From: an uncultured Collinsella sp.
GTDB lineage: Bacteria; Actinomycetota; Coriobacteriia; Coriobacteriales; Coriobacteriaceae
DNA: 64,000 bases
Direction of reading: 5' to 3'
NCBI GenBank assembly: GCA_900551665.1
Contig: URWW01000001.1
Location: 970 to 64,969, forward strand
Below the pieces are notes generated by a model. It saw only the letters and a list, made by a program, of their open reading frames with translations. It was not told the origin of the DNA and searched no databases. Of the stretch, positions 40,635 to 52,977 are shown piece after piece. Both the position numbers and the translations under genes were made by a program. Position 1 is the stretch's first letter, and the number at the start of each line of letters is the position of its first letter.

Positions 40635-42035
40635 TTACAGGCGGGCGCGACGCAGCTCGGTGTAGCCCTCGACGATACGCTGGTCGGAACGCTCCACGGC
40701 CAGGGCGCCGTCCGGCACGTCGCGGGTGATGCAGCTGCTCGCGCCGGTCACCACGTCCGCGCCGATGTTCACGGGAGCGACCATCATGGTGTCGGAGCCG
40801 ATGAACGTGCGATCGCCGATGGTAGTGGCGTGCTTGTTCTTGCCGTCGTAGTTGCAGGTGATGGAACCAGCGCCGACGTTCACGCCGGCGCCCATCGTGG
40901 TGTCGCCGATATAGGAGAGATGCGGGACCTTGGAGCCCTCGCCAATCGTGGACTTCTTGATCTCGACATGCGTACCCACGTGCGCGCCGTCCAAAAGGTG
41001 CGTACCCGGGCGCAGGTAGGCGCGCGGACCGCAGGTCACACCGTTCTCGATCACGACGTCGATGGCGACCGTCTCGTCGAGCGAGCAATCGTTGCCCGCC
41101 ACGACGTTCGTGAGGCGGCTGTTCGGGCCGAGCTGGCAACCCTCGCCGATGCGGCAAGCGCCGATAAGGTGGGTCTGCGGCCACACGATGGTGTCGCGAC
41201 CGATCTGCGCATCGGGGCCGATCCAGGCTTGAGCGGGATCGATGAAGGTGACGCCCTCGGTCATGAAGCGCTCGTTGATGCGATCACGGGCGATGGCGGT
41301 GAGCTCGGCGAGCTGCACGCGGCTGTTCACGCCCAGGCCGTCGCGGTAGTCCTCGCAGTGGGAGATGGTCACGGCATGGCCGTGGGCCTTCAGGATCTCC
41401 ACCATGTCGGGCAGGTAGTACTCGGCCTGCGCGTTGTCGTTGCCGACCTCGCCGATGTGGGCGGCAAGGAGCGCTCCGTCGAAGGCGTAGCAGCCGGCGT
41501 TGCACTCGAGGAGCTCGGCGTCCTGCTCGGGCGTGCAGTCCTTCTGCTCGATGATGCGGTTGACGGTCCCGTCCTCGGCCAGCTCGATGCGGCCGTAGCC
41601 AAAGGGCACGGGCGGGGTGAAGGTGAGCACGGCACCGGCGTTCGAACCGTTGGCGACGGTGTTGGCGAAGGCGGCGATGGTATCGGCCTGGATGAGCGGG
41701 AGGTCGCCGTTCAAGACCACCACGGGGCCGGCGTCGATGCCGGTCGCGTCAAGCGCGGTGCGGACGGCATGCGCGGTGCCCAGACGCTCGACCTGCTCGA
41801 CGCACTCGATGGCGTCGGCGGCAGGCGTGCCCTCGTAGGCAGCGGAGATCAGCGCGCGCACCTCGTCGGAGTGGCTGCCCACCACCACGACCACGCGGGT
41901 ACATCCAGCGGCCAGTGCCGCATCGATGACCCAGCAGGCCATGGGCTTGCCGAGGATCTGGTGGGACACCTTGGCATGATTCGACTTCATGCGCGTGCCC
42001 TCGCCTGCGGCCATTACAATCGCGGTGACATCCAT
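40635..42035 (-). CDS. glmU: Bifunctional UDP-GlcNAc pyrophosphorylase / GlcN-1-P acetyltransferase
   Basis: MAAGEGTRMKS, LGTAHAV, GYGRI, NAQAEYYL.D, HLSYIGD, CNYDG.NKH. Confidence 0.97.
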   Translation of the reverse strand: MDVTAIVMAAGEGTRMKSNHAKVSHQILGKPMACWVIDAALAAGCTRVVVVVGSHSDEVRALISAAYEGTPAADAIECVEQVERLGTAHAVRTALDATGIDAGPVVVLNGDLPLIQADTIAAFANTVANGSNAGAVLTFTPPVPFGYGRIELAEDGTVNRIIEQKDCTPEQDAELLECNAGCYAFDGALLAAHIGEVGNDNAQAEYYLPDMVEILKAHGHAVTISHCEDYRDGLGVNSRVQLAELTAIARDRINERFMTEGVTFIDPAQAWIGPDAQIGRDTIVWPQTHLIGACRIGEGCQLGPNSRLTNVVAGNDCSLDETVAIDVVIENGVTCGPRAYLRPGTHLLDGAHVGTHVEIKKSTIGEGSKVPHLSYIGDTTMGAGVNVGAGSITCNYDGKNKHATTIGDRTFIGSDTMMVAPVNIGADVVTGASSCITRDVPDGALAVERSDQRIVEGYTELRRARL

Positions 42036-42233
42036 GGGGACTCCTTGATGTTCGGTATCAAATCAGACGTCGGACGACGACGCCCATGAATTGATAGTAC
42101 CGCACAGCAAGAAGGCAAACCGCCCCCAAGTCGACACCCCCGCCGCCCTCCACATCCCGCGCGCCTCGATTTGACAGCTCATCCACCCACCGCCACCATA
42201 CTCGACAGGTACATAACGAACGCAAGGAGCCCC

Positions 42234-42863
42234 ATGGCCGCAGCACAGCCCAAGCCCATCCGCATGGTCGCCGGACTCGGCAACCCCGGCGAGGAATACG
42301 CCGCAACCCGTCACAACGCCGGCTTTTGCGCGATCGACGTCCTGGCCGAGAAGGCGGGCGTCAGCTATTGGAAGAACCAGGCGGGCGCCGAGGTCGCCGT
42401 CATCAACGTCAACGACGCCGAGGCCGAAGGCGGCAAGCGCGAGGTCGTCCTGGTCAAACCCCAGTCCTACATGAACACGAGCGGCGGCCCCATCTCCAAG
42501 CTCTGCGCGCAGTACAAGGTCAAACCCGAGGAGTTGCTCGTCATCCACGACGAGCTCGATATCCCCGCGGGCGACGTGCGCGTGAAGGTGGGCGGCGGGC
42601 ACGCCGGCCACAACGGCTTGCGCTCCATCATCGACAAGCTCGGCAGCCGCGACTTCTCCCGCATCCGCGCCGGCATCGGCAACCCCCCGGGCCGCATGCC
42701 CGTGGCCGACTTCGTCTTGAAGCAGCTGCGCTCCCGCGAGGCCGAGGACTTCGAGGTCATGACGCATCAGGCCGCCGAAGCCGCGGCACTCGCCGTGACC
42801 CGCGGCGTCGTGTTCGCGCGCGACCATGTCAACGGCGGCGCGAACGTCAACGGCAAACACTGA
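42234..42863 (+). CDS. pth: Peptidyl-tRNA hydrolase
   Basis: GLGNPG..Y..TRHNAGF, KPQSYMN.SG, HDELD, GHNGLRS. Confidence 0.96.
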   Translation: MAAAQPKPIRMVAGLGNPGEEYAATRHNAGFCAIDVLAEKAGVSYWKNQAGAEVAVINVNDAEAEGGKREVVLVKPQSYMNTSGGPISKLCAQYKVKPEELLVIHDELDIPAGDVRVKVGGGHAGHNGLRSIIDKLGSRDFSRIRAGIGNPPGRMPVADFVLKQLRSREAEDFEVMTHQAAEAAALAVTRGVVFARDHVNGGANVNGKH

Positions 42864-42868
42864 CGACC

Positions 42869-42924
42869 CGGCGCCGGCCTCAATTTAGGGACAGTCTCCA
42901 AATTGAGGTCGGCGCCCTTCTTTT
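42869..42924 (+). terminator. pth terminator built around a REP-like palindrome
   Basis: GGCGCCGGCCTCAATTT-AGGGACAGTCTCC-AAATTGAGGTCGGCGCC followed by CTTCTTTT. Confidence 0.7.
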
Positions 42925-43124
42925 CACCGCCCCTTCGCCCACCGAAAAACGTTTTACCGCTTGCCCGAAAGACGCGTGGGCAAGGCTTGCGTGCAAGGCC
43001 GCGGGGTATACTTGACAACGTATGCGCATATTCGCCTTATGCGCATGCACAAGAGGTTGCAATCGGGGCATTTCGCTTGCGCGACCTGCGCATACGATGC
43101 TCCGGCCAATCAGAGAGGGGTTCT

Positions 43125-43961
43125 ATGTTTGAAATCCTGAAGAAGACGCAGTTCTCGGAGAAGGTCTTCGAGTTCCGCGTCCACGCCCCGAGGATGGCCA
43201 AGAAGGCTCACGCCGGCCAGTTCCTCATGGTGCGCATCGACGAGACGGGCGAGCGCGTGCCGTTCACCTTCGCCAACTGGAACGCGGAGGAGGGCTGGAT
43301 CGAGTTCATCTTCATGGTGGTGGGCAAGACCACGCAGTGCCTCTCCGAGCTCAACGAGGGCGACTTCATCCGCGACATCACCGGCCCGCTGGGCCAGCCC
43401 ACCGAGGTCGAGGGCGACTCCGTGGCCGTCATCGGCGGCGGCGTGGGCCTCGCCATCGCCTACCCCGTGGCGCGCATGCTCTGCGAGCAGGGCAAGAACG
43501 TCTACGTGATCATGGGCGCCCGCACCAAGGACCTCCTCATCCTGCATGAGCAGTTCGACGCGCTGCCGCTCGCCGGCCTGTTCGTCACCACCGACGACGG
43601 CTCCATGGGCGAGAAGGGCGTTGTGACCCTGCCGCTCGCGCGCCTGTGCGAGACCGACTCCATCGACCACGCCTTCTGCGTTGGCCCCGTGCCGATGATG
43701 AAGTTCTCCTCCCTCACCTGCCACGAGCACAACATCCCAATCATCGCCAGCCTCAACCCCATCATGGTCGACGGCACCGGCATGTGCGGTTGCTGCCGCG
43801 TCGAGGTGGGCGGCGAGACCAAGTTCGCCTGCGTCGACGGCCCCGATTTCGACGCCAGTGCCGTCGACTGGGACGACCTGGCCGCACGCCAGGCCAGCTA
43901 CCGCGGCGAAGAGGCCGTTTCCACCAAGCGTCATGAGGAGGCCTGCGCATGCCAGAAGTAA
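43125..43961 (+). CDS. nfnA: NfnA/SudB-like FAD/NAD-binding [2Fe-2S] subunit
   Basis: AGQF, GER.P.T, GPLGQP, IGGGVG, GPVPMMK, MVDGTGMCG.CR, CVDGPDFD. Confidence 0.88.
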   Translation: MFEILKKTQFSEKVFEFRVHAPRMAKKAHAGQFLMVRIDETGERVPFTFANWNAEEGWIEFIFMVVGKTTQCLSELNEGDFIRDITGPLGQPTEVEGDSVAVIGGGVGLAIAYPVARMLCEQGKNVYVIMGARTKDLLILHEQFDALPLAGLFVTTDDGSMGEKGVVTLPLARLCETDSIDHAFCVGPVPMMKFSSLTCHEHNIPIIASLNPIMVDGTGMCGCCRVEVGGETKFACVDGPDFDASAVDWDDLAARQASYRGEEAVSTKRHEEACACQK

Positions 43962-45355
43962 AGAAGTATCGCCCGAACATCGGCGCTCCCCGCACCGCTC
44001 CGAACGAGGAGCCGGCCGCTGAGCGCGCGTGCGATTTCCGCCCGGTCGACACGGGCTTCACCAAGGAAGACGCCATCGCCGAGGCCAACCGCTGCCTCGA
44101 CTGCAAGAAGCCCCTGTGCATGCAGGGCTGCCCCGTCGGCGTGAACATCCCCGGCTTCATCTCCAAGATCCGCGATGAGGACTGGGCCGGCGCGCTCGAG
44201 ACCATCAAGGGCGACAACCTGCTGCCCTCCGTCTGCGGCCGCGTGTGCCCGCAGGAGAACCAGTGCGAGGGCAAGTGCATCCTCGGCCGCAAGGGCGAGG
44301 CCGTGGCCATCGGCCAGCTCGAGCGCATGGTGGGCGACATGGCCGACGAGGTCGGCCGCGCCCCGCAGTGCAAGCCCAAGAACGGTAAGAAGGTCGCCAT
44401 CGTGGGCTCCGGCCCCTCCGGCATCGCCTGCGCCGGCGAGCTCGCCCGTGAGGGCTTCGACGTCACCGTGTTCGAGGCCTTCTTCACCGGCGGCGGCGTG
44501 CTCACCTACGGCATCCCCGAGTTCCGTCTGCCCAAAAAGATCGTCAAGCGCGAGATCGACGGCCTGGAGCAGCTCGGCGTCAAGTTCGAGTACAACTCCG
44601 TCGCCGGGCGTCTGTTCGACGCCGACGAGCTCTTCAACGAGGAGGGCTTTGACGCCCTGTATCTCGCCGTGGGCGCCGGTCTCCCCCGCTTCCTCAAGGT
44701 CCCGGGCGAGAACCTGCCCGGCGTGTACTGCGCCAACGAGTACCTCACCCGCACCAACCTCATGCACGCGTACGACTTCCCCGTCTACGACACCCCGATC
44801 CGCCAGGGCAAGAACGTCGTGGTGTTCGGCGGCGGCAATGTTGCCATGGACGCCGCCCGCACCGCCCTGCGCCTGGGCGCCGATAGCGTGACGCTGGCCT
44901 ACCGCCGCACCGAGGCCGAGATGCCCGCGCGCCTGGCCGAGGTCCATCACGCCAAGGAGGAGGGCGTGAAGATCCTCGAGCTCGTCAACCCGCTCGAGTT
45001 CATCAAGGGCGAGGACGGCTTTGTGTCCGCGGTCAAGCTGGAGCGCATGGAGCTCGGTGAGCCCGACGCCTCCGGCCGTCGCCGTCCCGTTCCCGTGGCC
45101 GACTCCGCCTTTGAGATCCCCTGCGACGTGGCCATCACCGCCATCGGCACCATGGCGAATCCCTTCGCCAAGCTCTGCGCCGACGTCGAGCTCAACCGCT
45201 GGGGCCTCATCGAGGCCGACGAGGACGGCCGCACCTCCAATCCCAAGGTGTGGGCCGGCGGTGACATCGTGACCGGTGCCGCCACCGTCATCCTGGCCAT
45301 GGGCGCCGGCAAGAAGGCCGCCGCCTCCATCAAGAAGGAGCTGCTGGGCGAGTAA
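43949..45355 (+). CDS. nfnB: NfnB/SudA-like (GltD-family) NADPH-dependent flavo-iron-sulfur subunit
   Basis: RCLDC...C..GCPV, CGRVCPQE.QCE, GSGPSG, YGIPEFRLP, GGGNVAMD, YRR, GAATVILAMG; no glutamate synthase large subunit nearby. Confidence 0.88.
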   Translation: MPEVKKYRPNIGAPRTAPNEEPAAERACDFRPVDTGFTKEDAIAEANRCLDCKKPLCMQGCPVGVNIPGFISKIRDEDWAGALETIKGDNLLPSVCGRVCPQENQCEGKCILGRKGEAVAIGQLERMVGDMADEVGRAPQCKPKNGKKVAIVGSGPSGIACAGELAREGFDVTVFEAFFTGGGVLTYGIPEFRLPKKIVKREIDGLEQLGVKFEYNSVAGRLFDADELFNEEGFDALYLAVGAGLPRFLKVPGENLPGVYCANEYLTRTNLMHAYDFPVYDTPIRQGKNVVVFGGGNVAMDAARTALRLGADSVTLAYRRTEAEMPARLAEVHHAKEEGVKILELVNPLEFIKGEDGFVSAVKLERMELGEPDASGRRRPVPVADSAFEIPCDVAITAIGTMANPFAKLCADVELNRWGLIEADEDGRTSNPKVWAGGDIVTGAATVILAMGAGKKAAASIKKELLGE

Positions 45356-45394
45356 GTCGCCGCGAAGCGCCCCGCGCACCACGCGCGAACCCCG

Positions 45395-45428
45395 GGACCC
45401 GTCGACCCGCATGGTCGGCGGGTCCTTT
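45395..45428 (+). terminator. Terminator after nfnB
   Basis: GGACCCGTCGACC-CGCAT-GGTCGGCGGGTCC-TTT. Confidence 0.65.
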
Positions 45429-45441
45429 GCGTGCGCCGCCT

Positions 45442-45476
45442 CACCTCAATTTAGGGACAGTCCCTAAATTGAGGTG
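45442..45476. repeat. REP-like perfect 35-bp palindrome
   Basis: CACCTCAATTTAGGGAC-A-GTCCCTAAATTGAGGTG; near-identical to 42878-42908. Confidence 0.85.
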
Positions 45477-45771
45477 CGACCGGCCATCGCTCAAGGCCCC
45501 CTCAACAACTTTGCCTATGTTTTTCCTCCATTTGAGCGTCCGAAACGGAAGAAAACCATAGGTAGATTCGATTCGACCATAGGCAATCAGCTGCAAGTAG
45601 AGCCAACTGAAAACCAAGCAGCGGTAAAACATGGGCGATAACCCAGCAGCCGTAAAACACGACCGAAAACCCCACAGCCGCAGAAGCCCTCTGGTCGCCT
45701 TGGTTCGCATTCAGGCCGAAACGGGTATCATATGCCAATATCCGTTTTTCCAAGCAAGCAAGGAGCGACCC

Positions 45772-47076
45772 GTGAGCGCCACCTCGAGCGAGACCGCGAA
45801 CTCAGCGCCCAACCCCGATTACGACCTGCCGGGCAACGACCTCGACCCCAAGAACACCACCGCCGACCAGCGCAAAGCCATCCCGCTCATCGTGCGCGTG
45901 TACGGCGCCCTGTGCGCGCTCGACGGCGTCGTGGCGCTGCCGCTCATGGGAGCCTACTTCGGCATCATGGTCTACCGACTGGTGCTGGGCCAGGAATCCG
46001 TCCTCATCGGCTCCAGCCTCACCCTTACCGTCACCATGACGGCGATCGGCTCCGTCCTGGCATTCGTCGCCTCGGTTGCGCTCATCATCTTCGGCTGGAC
46101 GCTCATGAAGAGCTACCGCCGCGACGCGGGCCGCTGGGCATACGCCCTTATCGTGATGACGGTCGCACAGATCCTGATCGACGTCATGCTCCAGGGCATC
46201 GGCGTGCACCTCATCCGCCCCATGATCCAGCTGGGCATCCTCACGGCGCTCTCCGCCACGATCGACCCCACGCTGCGCCAGGAGCGCGAACTGCAGCGCC
46301 ACCTGCGCGATCTCGAGGACCGCGAGGCGGCCGCCGAGGGCATGCTGGGCCGAGACCTCACGGGCGAGGGTTATATCAAGCTCAACTTCTTCAACCTGTT
46401 CTGGGTCTTCATGGTCTGCTGCGTGCTGGGACTCATCATCGAGGTCATCTTCCACATGGTGTGGGTCGACCCGGGCGTGTACCAGGATCGAGCCGGCCTT
46501 CTGTTCGGCCCGTTCAGCCCCATCTACGGCTTTGGCGCTGTGCTGCTCACCGTTGCCCTCAACCGCTTTTATAAGCGCAGCTTTGTATTGATCTTCCTGG
46601 TCAGCGCTCTGATCGGTGGCGTGTTCGAGGCTGCTGTGGGCTGGTGGATGCAGACCTCGTTCGGCGCGATCGCCTGGGCGTACTCCTACGAACTGCTGCC
46701 CGGCATCCCCGACCCCATGGCGATCCTGTTCGCCGGGCGCACGTCCACCCCGTTCATGCTCATGTGGGGCACCCTCGGCCTGTTCTGGATCAAGGTCTGC
46801 CTACCGCGCCTGCTCAAGCTCATCAACCTGATCCCGTGGAAGATGCGCTACTCGCTGACCACCGTGGTCACCGCCCTCATGCTGGTGAACGGCGTCATGA
46901 CGCTCCAGGCGCTCGACTGCTGGTTCTGCCGCGTGAGCGGCATTCAGCCCAGCTCCCCGGTCGAGGAGTTCTACGCCGAGCACTTCGATAACGATTACAT
47001 GGCAAACCGCTTCCAGACGATGACGATCCACCCGGATACCTCGAGTCGCGTGGATTCCCCCAAGCCGGCGGCGTAA
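45772..47076 (+). CDS. Putative ABC transporter permease-like membrane protein (CmpB/TMEM229-like C-terminal domain)
   Basis: FW.F...C.LG..IE, R.GLL.GP..PIYG.G, W.YS; several N-terminal TM helices. GTG follows AAGGAG. Confidence 0.75.
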   Translation: MSATSSETANSAPNPDYDLPGNDLDPKNTTADQRKAIPLIVRVYGALCALDGVVALPLMGAYFGIMVYRLVLGQESVLIGSSLTLTVTMTAIGSVLAFVASVALIIFGWTLMKSYRRDAGRWAYALIVMTVAQILIDVMLQGIGVHLIRPMIQLGILTALSATIDPTLRQERELQRHLRDLEDREAAAEGMLGRDLTGEGYIKLNFFNLFWVFMVCCVLGLIIEVIFHMVWVDPGVYQDRAGLLFGPFSPIYGFGAVLLTVALNRFYKRSFVLIFLVSALIGGVFEAAVGWWMQTSFGAIAWAYSYELLPGIPDPMAILFAGRTSTPFMLMWGTLGLFWIKVCLPRLLKLINLIPWKMRYSLTTVVTALMLVNGVMTLQALDCWFCRVSGIQPSSPVEEFYAEHFDNDYMANRFQTMTIHPDTSSRVDSPKPAA

Positions 47077-47148
47077 GCGGAGGTCGGGGCAAGCACGGGC
47101 TTCAAACTCGCGCCGCATGCCGCGCGGCGCCCCCCTCAGATGTGTTTT

Positions 47149-47417
47149 TGGTCGCAAAATGCCAGGCTGCAATAGCGAGGCATTTTGCGACCATTTTTTC
47201 GGACTTTTCCCATATGAACCGGTCGAGAAACGCCTCTCTACGATAGCGTGGCACTTCGCGACCATTTTTCCGGCTATCCCACGTGACAAATGGTCGAGAT
47301 TTGCCACGCTCTTGCAACGTAGCGCTTCGCGACCATTTTTCCGGCCGTCCTATGGCCGTCCCATATGAGAAATGGTCGAGATTTGCCACGCTGCTACAGA
47401 GTGGCAAATCTCGACCA
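47149..47417. repeat. Tandem array of four 45-bp palindromes (71/71/82-bp period)
   Basis: Units start at 47149, 47220, 47291 and 47373, each (T/C)GGTCG..GCC-15 nt-(G/A)GC..CGACCA; the first three are followed by a T-run. Confidence 0.9.
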
Positions 47418-47447
47418 GAAACCAGGCCTACAAACCGTCGTGACCCG

Positions 47448-47852
47448 TTACTCGGAGAGTTCCCGCTCCACGACGCAGGTGTTCTTGATGGTTGCAACTA
47501 AATGCTGCAGACCGTCGATCACGCGCGGGCGAATGTCGCCGCCGATGAGGACGAGCATGATGTCGTCTCCCACCGCGAGCTCACCGGAATTGAGCCACAC
47601 GCGCACGTAGCCAATGCCCGGTAGAGCGCGGGCCTCTTCCACGGCGGCATCCACCTTCGCCTCATCGTAGCTGAACACCATGCCGGTGACCTTATCGCCG
47701 GGCTGGACGCCATCGGTCTCGATGCCGCGGGCCTCCGCCTTGGGCGTCTCGCGAACGGTGCCGTTGTGCACCAGGTACATGCCGCATGCGCGGAAGCTCG
47801 GGTCGGCCTTCGCCTCGCGCAACCAAGCGTCGATGGAGGGCATATCTGCCAT
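47448..47852 (-). CDS. moaE: MoaE-family molybdopterin synthase catalytic subunit-like protein
   Basis: GMYLVHNGTVR, M.FSY, GEL.VGD.IM.VLIGGDIR, IK....E.E. Confidence 0.7.
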   Translation of the reverse strand: MADMPSIDAWLREAKADPSFRACGMYLVHNGTVRETPKAEARGIETDGVQPGDKVTGMVFSYDEAKVDAAVEEARALPGIGYVRVWLNSGELAVGDDIMLVLIGGDIRPRVIDGLQHLVATIKNTCVVERELSE

Positions 47853-47973
47853 GGGCGGTCCTTTCCTTCTCGCGATGCCACGGCAGCGAACAGGCGCGCA
47901 TGAGGCATCGCTTCAGCTGTAAACGGCACGTCGATCGACGGGGAAGCGCTCTCCCGCCGACCGACGCGAATGC

Positions 47974-48004
47974 GTCTCAATTTGTACCTGTCCCCAATTG
48001 AGAC
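47974..48004. repeat. REP-like unit abutting the sortase stop codon
   Basis: GTCTCAATTTGTACCTGTCCCCAATTGAGAC; one mismatch to 58862-58892. Confidence 0.85.
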
Positions 48005-48973
48005 TTATTCGGCGGGAATCGTGTCGACCACGCGGCAGACCATGCCGGCACGGGTCGTGCGGGGAATGATGTCGCCCGCACACGTCACGAGCGTGAGCAC
48101 CTTGTCGGCCTTCTCCACTTCGTCGGCCGCGTCCTTGGCACGCGCCTCAGCCTTGGCCAGAGAAGCCTGCAAGTACTGCGTGAAGGCCTTCTCGCCGTCG
48201 AAGTTCGCCTTGCGCGCATCCACGTAGTCGTCCTGGACGAGCATGGTGAACATGGGCTTCAGAACATATGTCGCCTCGGGCGTGATGTAGTAGACCTTGC
48301 CGATGGCATCGAAGGCATCCTGGTTCCTGGAGTCGTCGATGACCTTGAACATCGAGCCGTCGTTCATATGGTGCCCGTAAATCGTCGTCTGCTGATCGAC
48401 CATACCGGGGGCGGTGTCGTCCATATCCATGAAGATCGTGCCGCCCACATTGTATTCGCCGCTCAGCAGATGGCGCAGGTACGTGTCGTTCGTCTCGCCT
48501 TGGGCAACCACGTAATTGACTTTGGTGTCGGGTATGTAAATCCACCCGACGACGTCCTCGTTGATCTTCTTGAGCGCATCGAAGTCGACCGTGGGGATGC
48601 CGTCATCGCCCGAGGAGTCCTTGATGGCGGCCTTGGACATGCCGTCGTAATACTCCTCCGCCTGCTTGTAGCCGATCTGCGCCTTGACGAAGAGGCCGGC
48701 CGAAAGCAGCAGGAGCGCCACGCCGACGATGATGAGCAGGTTGGACAGGATGCTACCGCGACGCTTCCCGCCATCGCGGCCTTGGCGCCCGGGGGCGGGA
48801 TTCGCTCCGCGCGGGCCGGCCGAACGCCCCTGCGCGGAGCGCGCGGGGCGCTCGTAAGGCGAGGGGGAGACGGGGCGCACATGGCTCGGGGCCTGCACGT
48901 CCGCGCGCGGAGCGCCGGCATTCGCCGTCGGGGCGCCCTTGGGCTTGAAATGCTTTCCTCCCTCGTTCGCCAT
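48005..48973 (-). CDS. Class B sortase
   Basis: TM anchor, LKKINEDVVGWIYIPDT.VNY.V.Q...N..YL, IYGHHM..GSMF, TLVTC, downstream Arg. Confidence 0.9.
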   Translation of the reverse strand: MANEGGKHFKPKGAPTANAGAPRADVQAPSHVRPVSPSPYERPARSAQGRSAGPRGANPAPGRQGRDGGKRRGSILSNLLIIVGVALLLLSAGLFVKAQIGYKQAEEYYDGMSKAAIKDSSGDDGIPTVDFDALKKINEDVVGWIYIPDTKVNYVVAQGETNDTYLRHLLSGEYNVGGTIFMDMDDTAPGMVDQQTTIYGHHMNDGSMFKVIDDSRNQDAFDAIGKVYYITPEATYVLKPMFTMLVQDDYVDARKANFDGEKAFTQYLQASLAKAEARAKDAADEVEKADKVLTLVTCAGDIIPRTTRAGMVCRVVDTIPAE

Positions 48974-48979
48974 ACGACC

Positions 48980-49456
48980 CTACGCCTCCGCCATCTCGCG
49001 CTTGAGCTGGGAGATGGCCTCACGGTACTCGGGCATGGTGGCGCCCAGAATCTGCGTGGCGTAGATGGCGGCGTTCTTCGCCCCGTTGATGGCGACGCAC
49101 GCAACCGGAACGCCGGAGGGCATCTGGACCATGGAGAGCAGGGAGTCGAGGCCGCCCAGATCGCTCGTCTTCATGGGGACGCCGATAACCGGCAGCGGGG
49201 TGAAGGCGGCGACCACGCCGCCGAGATGCGCGGCCTTGCCCGCAGCGGCGACGATCACCTTGATACCGCGATCGGCAGCGGTCTCGGCCCACTCGTGGAC
49301 CTGAGCCGGATTGCGGTGCGCGCTCGCGATGACGAGTTCGTAGGGAACGCCCAGGCGCTCGAGCTCGGCGGTGCAGCCTTCCATGACGGGAAGGTCGGAC
49401 TTAGAGCCCATGATGATGCCGACGAGCGGGGTCTTTTCAGTTGCAGTGGTTTCCAT
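48980..49456 (-). CDS. purE: N5-carboxyaminoimidazole ribonucleotide mutase
   Basis: [34 protein letters not shown]. Confidence 0.97.
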   Translation of the reverse strand: METTATEKTPLVGIIMGSKSDLPVMEGCTAELERLGVPYELVIASAHRNPAQVHEWAETAADRGIKVIVAAAGKAAHLGGVVAAFTPLPVIGVPMKTSDLGGLDSLLSMVQMPSGVPVACVAINGAKNAAIYATQILGATMPEYREAISQLKREMAEA

Positions 49457-49682
49457 GGTGCCTCCAAGGATTCGCGTTGGCAGTGGTTTCAGTATACCTA
49501 CTAAAACAAAGGGGAGACTGATCCCGTCCCATTTACCACGCGATTGCGAAGGCTACTCCGCGAAGTTCCAACCCATAGCCCGCTGCGAGATGGGCCGAGG
49601 GTCCGACCCCAGCCGTACCCCAGAATCGAACCCTCTTCACGTGTCGGGGAACGCATCCCCCGTTCAAATTCTCCCCTGTCGC

Positions 49683-52976
<3,294 letters not shown>

Positions 52977-52977
52977 G

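Noticed and set aside
47149..47417. Possible CRISPR array
   Set aside because: Repeats are 45 bp and degenerate, linkers resemble each other instead of being unique spacers, and there are no cas genes
49510..49680. GGGAC/GTCCC-containing fragments between carB and purE as extra REP copies
   Set aside because: They lack the paired AATT-flanked arms; more simply read as a carB terminator and degenerate sequence
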